Position numbers and translations under genes: made by a program
Shown here: positions 60,260 through 64,000 of the stretch, piece after piece
Numbering within the stretch: the first letter of the stretch is position 1
Layout of the letters: each line of letters begins with the position of its first letter
Origin: Microgenomates group bacterium
Lineage (GTDB): Bacteria > Patescibacteriota > Microgenomatia > UBA12405
Assembly (NCBI GenBank): GCA_049303675.1
Contig: JBAQNJ010000001.1
Span: 278,994-342,993 of the forward strand
Direction of reading: 5' to 3'
DNA length: 64,000 bases
The notes under the pieces: generated by a model
Told to the model about the DNA's origin: nothing
Database searches by the model: none
Seen by the model: only the letters and a program-made list of their open reading frames with translations

Positions 60260-61222
60260 ATGATTAATTATAATCTGACAGTAGATAGGATAAAAAACAG
60301 CCTGCAAAACGGGAGATGTTTCTATGGTGAAACCTATGATTCTCATGGCATGACAATTGACTCTCTAAAGTACTATTTTTTCTTATCTCTACTACATCTG
60401 ATATTAGCTAAATCAAATATCAAAACTGAGTCGACGGTGATAATCGCCGATATTGCCTCGGGTATCAACAAATCTAGTCAAAAAATAAATTGCGATATAG
60501 ATGAGGTGGGGAAAAATCGTCTAGATTATTGTGAAAAAATAAAAAAATATTTTAATTTACCTATCAAGTTTGTTTTAATGAGCAACTTTTTTGCCACCAA
60601 TCCCATTGCAAAACTAGTTGAACAATTCGAAAATGTTGGTCATAGCAACCCCAAAGTGACTGAACTTTTAGCAAAAACAGTACTCCAAAATAAAATTAAA
60701 CAAGAAAATGATTCGGGCTTTCGTTATGGTTATGAAGAAATTGCTACCGGATCATTTTTTAATATCAAAATTGGCCCACCGCGAGAAAAATATTACGACC
60801 AAGCCGCCAAAATTATTTGCAAAAAATTAAAACTGAATCAATTAAAAAGTATTTATCTGACACCCACGTTTCCTTTGGGTCAAGATTTTTCCTATTTCCT
60901 AACTCACCCCGAAATAGAAGAATTTGGACTTACACCATACAAAGCCGGTAGTAACCAAATGCAGGATTTCAGAATAACTATAAATACAACCACGATAGAA
61001 AAAGTTGAGCAACTAATCAACGATACTTACATCACTACTAATCCAAATTTACCAAATCCAATATTTGATTTACTGTTTATTGCCAATATGGCAGAAAAGT
61101 TAAAAAACAAAGAATATGAGTTTCCAGTTTACAAAAATAATATTTATATAAATCCAAAAAAACTAAAGAGTTTTGCTTTCCAGAAAATAACTAGGTTATT
61201 GATTGATCTAAAAAATCTATGA
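60260..61222 (+). CDS. Degenerate class Ic aminoacyl-tRNA-synthetase-like protein (TyrRS/TrpRS fold, HIGH and KMSKS lost)
   Basis: By-eye alignment to trpS and archaeal TyrRS: FYGETYDSHGMTIDS (HIGH region), TVIIADIASGIN, IKFVLMSNF, IKIGPPREKYYDQAAKII (compare PVGIDQHPYILLARDVAKKI), IYLTPTFPLG. ATG 2 nt after the tRNA; the track start at 60200 lies inside the tRNA. Confidence 0.45.
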   Translation: MINYNLTVDRIKNSLQNGRCFYGETYDSHGMTIDSLKYYFFLSLLHLILAKSNIKTESTVIIADIASGINKSSQKINCDIDEVGKNRLDYCEKIKKYFNLPIKFVLMSNFFATNPIAKLVEQFENVGHSNPKVTELLAKTVLQNKIKQENDSGFRYGYEEIATGSFFNIKIGPPREKYYDQAAKIICKKLKLNQLKSIYLTPTFPLGQDFSYFLTHPEIEEFGLTPYKAGSNQMQDFRITINTTTIEKVEQLINDTYITTNPNLPNPIFDLLFIANMAEKLKNKEYEFPVYKNNIYINPKKLKSFAFQKITRLLIDLKNL

Positions 61223-62385
61223 ATAGCCCACAGGCAATTGCCCAATCACATCAAGAATATCAATCTAAATTAACTATCAAGAAAAAAATTGGGGATTATT
61301 ACTTGGATCAAACCACCAAAAATGGTCTCTCTAGCCTTGATAAAATTAAGGCCTATTTACCTCTTGATCTACAGCCACTTCATTTTCGACGCAGCATCGC
61401 TATCGCCCATCTTGATCTTGAACCAATCATCGAAAAAATTGCCAAGAATCAGGAGTTTGTTATTGTTTCCGGTCTCAATCCGTCTTCTCCCTTACACCTC
61501 GGTCATAAGGCCCTGTTTGATTTACTCCTAAGTTTACAAGGACTAGGAGCCAGAGTATTTATTCCTCTGACCAACGACGAGTCGCTAGTTGATGGTAAGG
61601 TTAGTTCTTTGGCTCAGAGTCTAAACATTGCCAAAACCTCAATTCTCCCCGACATTATCAATTTTGGATTTGATCCGGACAAAACCCATATTTTTATTGA
61701 CTCCGAATATCCCCAGCTCTACAACTTCGCTATGTATCTCAGCCAACATATTTCCTTTGGACAACTTCGTCAAGTCTTTGGTGACGATTCACTGACTACT
61801 CCTGGCCAAATTTTTTATCGTGGAGTCGTTCAAATGGCGCAGATCCTGTTACCCCAACTCCCTGAATTTGGTGGTCCAAAAGTGACTTTGATTCCAGTTG
61901 GTATTGACCAGCACCCATATATATTATTGGCTCGTGATGTTGCCAAAAAAATTGGTATGATTCCACCGTCTGAGTTGGTTATTAGATTCTTGCCTAGCTT
62001 ACTAGGGCCAGAAGATAAAATGTCGGCATCAAAACCAAACACTGCTATTTACCTTAGTGACACTCCAGAGGCAATTCACAAAAAAATTAGTCGAGCCTAT
62101 ACCGGTGCTGTTTCAGCCCTTGATGTATATCAAGAACGGGGTGGTATTCCCGAAATATGCTCAGTTTTTACTCTTCTAAATTTTCATCATCCCGACGGTG
62201 TATTTGTCGAAAATATTAAACAAAGTTATTTGCATGGTCTTATTACCATGTCTGAGTTGAAAGAACTTACAACAGCTTTTATTACCGAATTAGTCACCCG
62301 CCACCAGCAAAAAAGCCCGCCTACCTCTGATCAAATCAATAAGTACATTTTAACTACACCATTAAAATCACTTTTAACCCTATGA
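61219..62385 (+). CDS. trpS: Tryptophanyl-tRNA synthetase, archaeal/eukaryal type
   Basis: PSSPLHLGH (HIGH), IPVGIDQHPY, KMSAS (KMSKS) and GGIPEIC. ATGA overlap with the upstream ORF. Confidence 0.9.
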   Translation: MNSPQAIAQSHQEYQSKLTIKKKIGDYYLDQTTKNGLSSLDKIKAYLPLDLQPLHFRRSIAIAHLDLEPIIEKIAKNQEFVIVSGLNPSSPLHLGHKALFDLLLSLQGLGARVFIPLTNDESLVDGKVSSLAQSLNIAKTSILPDIINFGFDPDKTHIFIDSEYPQLYNFAMYLSQHISFGQLRQVFGDDSLTTPGQIFYRGVVQMAQILLPQLPEFGGPKVTLIPVGIDQHPYILLARDVAKKIGMIPPSELVIRFLPSLLGPEDKMSASKPNTAIYLSDTPEAIHKKISRAYTGAVSALDVYQERGGIPEICSVFTLLNFHHPDGVFVENIKQSYLHGLITMSELKELTTAFITELVTRHQQKSPPTSDQINKYILTTPLKSLLTL

Positions 62386-62610
62386 ACCAGATACCCGAAT
62401 CTTTAAACAATAATTCAGACCAAAGGAGGCCTCTAGGTGAACTTCCTCACCAGAGGTTAGTTTGGTGAAACTCCATCACAAAGAAGGTTTATCACTTGCT
62501 TATCCCAATCGCCACTCCAAGTTCTTGACCAAGGTGCTGGCGATCAGCGAATTATCAAACATTTAGATAGAGTCGTCCCTCCTGCCGAGTTTCCCAAAAA
62601 AGAGGCTGAG

Positions 62611-63510
62611 GTGTTGGGCAAGTTTTTAAGTCAAAATCAAACGCATCTTTCTGCTATCGATTTAGGTGGAGTATCTCAAGCAGTAGATATCACCAAAAAA
62701 CTAGTCGCTACACCGTCGCTAGTAAAAAATACAAAAATAATTACTGTCTTTGGCGCTACCGAAGCCACACCTCTTCGGGCTCTAGCTTACCCAATCCCTG
62801 CCCTTAAGTTGGCCACGGAAATTGGAGCAGTAAATCATCAGCTTCTTCCTCAGGTTGAATTTATTTTTATGTCAGAGGCAGGAGTTTTAGCCAATGGACT
62901 CGATAGATCCAAAGTTCATCAAGAAAGGGATCTTCTGCAGAAACTAATCAAAGGCTACGTCGACGAATTTCATCCCTTACTTTCTAGTCATGTCAATTTT
63001 TCCAATGACGACAGTTTCACCCCTCAAGTCATTGCCTCATCTAGTTTCAAGAACTTAACTGATGTTCTCCAAAGTTCAAATGCTGTTAATGATTTATCCA
63101 GAATGGGCACTAGTCATGGCGGTACCAATAACTCCCTAAAATACGGTGTTCTTCACTCTTACGTCCACGACCTTGTCTTGGACGATTCAAATGTCGATCT
63201 ACTCATATCTCTCGGTGCCCAGCCCGAAAGACATTTTTACAAGACAAGACAAGTCCTCAAGCCACATCTTCCATCAGTTGATGGCTTTCGACCTGTAAAG
63301 ACAATTCAATATCTGAGTTCATTTAATGTTCCCCCTTACCAGCCATTGGCAAGTGGCGACCCTACGTTACGTCAAGTTATCAATGACTTTAATAATGTCG
63401 ATTTTGATGATCTTCAAACTCCGGTCCGACAAGCCATAAATTTATTGGCCAAGGATACATCAGGATATTCTACTCTCGCTAACTTTCTCAAAGAAAATCA
63501 AAATATTTAA
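62611..63510 (+). CDS. Second degenerate class Ic synthetase-like protein
   Basis: ITVFGATEATPLRALAYPI (HIGH region without His), VEFIFMSEAGVLANGLD, VNFSNDDSF, LKYGVLHSYVHDLVL....LLISLGAQPERHFYKTRQVL (compare GIDQHPYILLARDVA). GTG start; the frame is open for 150 nt upstream without a start codon. Confidence 0.4.
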   Translation: MLGKFLSQNQTHLSAIDLGGVSQAVDITKKLVATPSLVKNTKIITVFGATEATPLRALAYPIPALKLATEIGAVNHQLLPQVEFIFMSEAGVLANGLDRSKVHQERDLLQKLIKGYVDEFHPLLSSHVNFSNDDSFTPQVIASSSFKNLTDVLQSSNAVNDLSRMGTSHGGTNNSLKYGVLHSYVHDLVLDDSNVDLLISLGAQPERHFYKTRQVLKPHLPSVDGFRPVKTIQYLSSFNVPPYQPLASGDPTLRQVINDFNNVDFDDLQTPVRQAINLLAKDTSGYSTLANFLKENQNI

Positions 63511-63527
63511 ATGTTAAACTTCATCAT

Positions 63528-64000
63528 ATGATCGAACCAATTGTTCTTCAAAATAATCAAACACTCGCAAAACTTGGCATTGAATATACCAACCTCGAGC
63601 ATCCACCCATCAAAGAAATCTTTGATTGTATGCGTTTTCTTGGTCTGCCCATTTCCGAAGGTTTTTCCACCCTTATCATGAAGGCTGATGATCGCTATGT
63701 GGCCATCATCCGTCGCGATGATTGTAAATTAGACTTAAACAAAGCCTGTAAGGTAATTGGCTGCTCCAAATTAAATTTAGCATCCCCCGACGAGTTTGAA
63801 GCCTTAACCCACTTACCTTCCGGAGCCGCTTTCGTCGTTAATTCAGGAATAAAAACATATCTCGACCAAAAGCTATTCGATAAAGAATACCTAATTGGTG
63901 GATCAGGCAGTTTGTCAGTCAGTAACAAATACCGTTCCGTTGACCTCAAAAAAATACCCGACAGCATCATTGTCGATATTGCTGATATTAAGGCAAAACA
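63528..64000 (+). CDS. YbaK/ProX-like aminoacyl-tRNA deacylase domain protein; 3' end beyond window
   Basis: Not in the ORF track because it runs off the end. Manual translation MIEPIVLQNNQTLAKLGIEYTNLEHPPIKEIFDC...STLIMKADDRYVAIIRRDDCKLDLNKA...LPSGAAFVVNSG...LIGGSGSL fits the YbaK/EbsC editing-domain pattern. Confidence 0.6.
   Translation, partial: MIEPIVLQNNQTLAKLGIEYTNLEHPPIKEIFDCMRFLGLPISEGFSTLIMKADDRYVAIIRRDDCKLDLNKACKVIGCSKLNLASPDEFEALTHLPSGAAFVVNSGIKTYLDQKLFDKEYLIGGSGSLSVSNKYRSVDLKKIPDSIIVDIADIKAK

Noticed and set aside
1-64000. CRISPR arrays, large IS elements, integrases, prophage or classical defence islands
   Set aside because: No spaced direct repeats of CRISPR size were seen. 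The repeats present are 7-mers or 30-48-nt hairpin elements without spacers. No transposase, integrase or cas-like proteins were recognised among the ORFs.

Overview
This 64-kb window is AT-rich and densely packed with short genes on both strands. It looks like a reduced bacterial genome of the Candidate Phyla Radiation / Patescibacteria type. The marker genes are bacterial: 16S rRNA, murA, class A PBPs, recF, nrdR and smpB plus tmRNA. Several translation and glycolysis parts are archaeal-like: the TrpRS, a short triosephosphate isomerase, and tRNA-Tyr and tRNA-Trp with archaeal/eukaryal identity features.

Content:
- Two tandem PBP1A paralogues and a glycan/envelope cluster (GT2, GT39-like, MraY/WecA-like, CapA-like, PEGA lipoprotein).
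- A sugar-phosphate block: rpiB, pgk, gap, an rpe-like gene and cdd, with gnd and tpiA elsewhere.
- A single unlinked 16S rRNA gene.
- tRNA-Tyr, tRNA-Trp and tmRNA.
- uppS, murA, metK, rnhA, xth and smpB.
- t6A genes: tsaD and a tsaC-tsaE fusion.
- Two toxin-antitoxin pairs, two small GIY-YIG genes, and two T4SS-pilin-like genes next to a SpoIID-like gene.
- Many small hypothetical genes.

Main second-look items:
1. A TrpL-like leader peptide (..IWWRES..) with mutually exclusive antiterminator and terminator helices. It sits upstream of tRNA-Trp, an archaeal-type trpS flanked by two degenerate synthetase-like paralogues, and a YbaK-like editing gene.
2. A co-oriented family of nine two-hairpin REP-like repeats, some inserted in frame in tsaD and tsaE.
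3. Families of tandem heptamer arrays, found inside and between genes.
4. A tmRNA whose acceptor stem, as I fold it, lacks G3:U70.
5. A GIY-YIG gene plus an intact tRNA-Tyr nested inside a split pseudo-tRNA.
6. Very strong strand-dependent codon usage across the whole window.
7. Pervasive leaderless promoter-ATG modules.

Limits: no searches or computations were run. Protein calls rest on motifs I recognise in the translations. Coordinates of manually located elements may be off by 1-2 nt.
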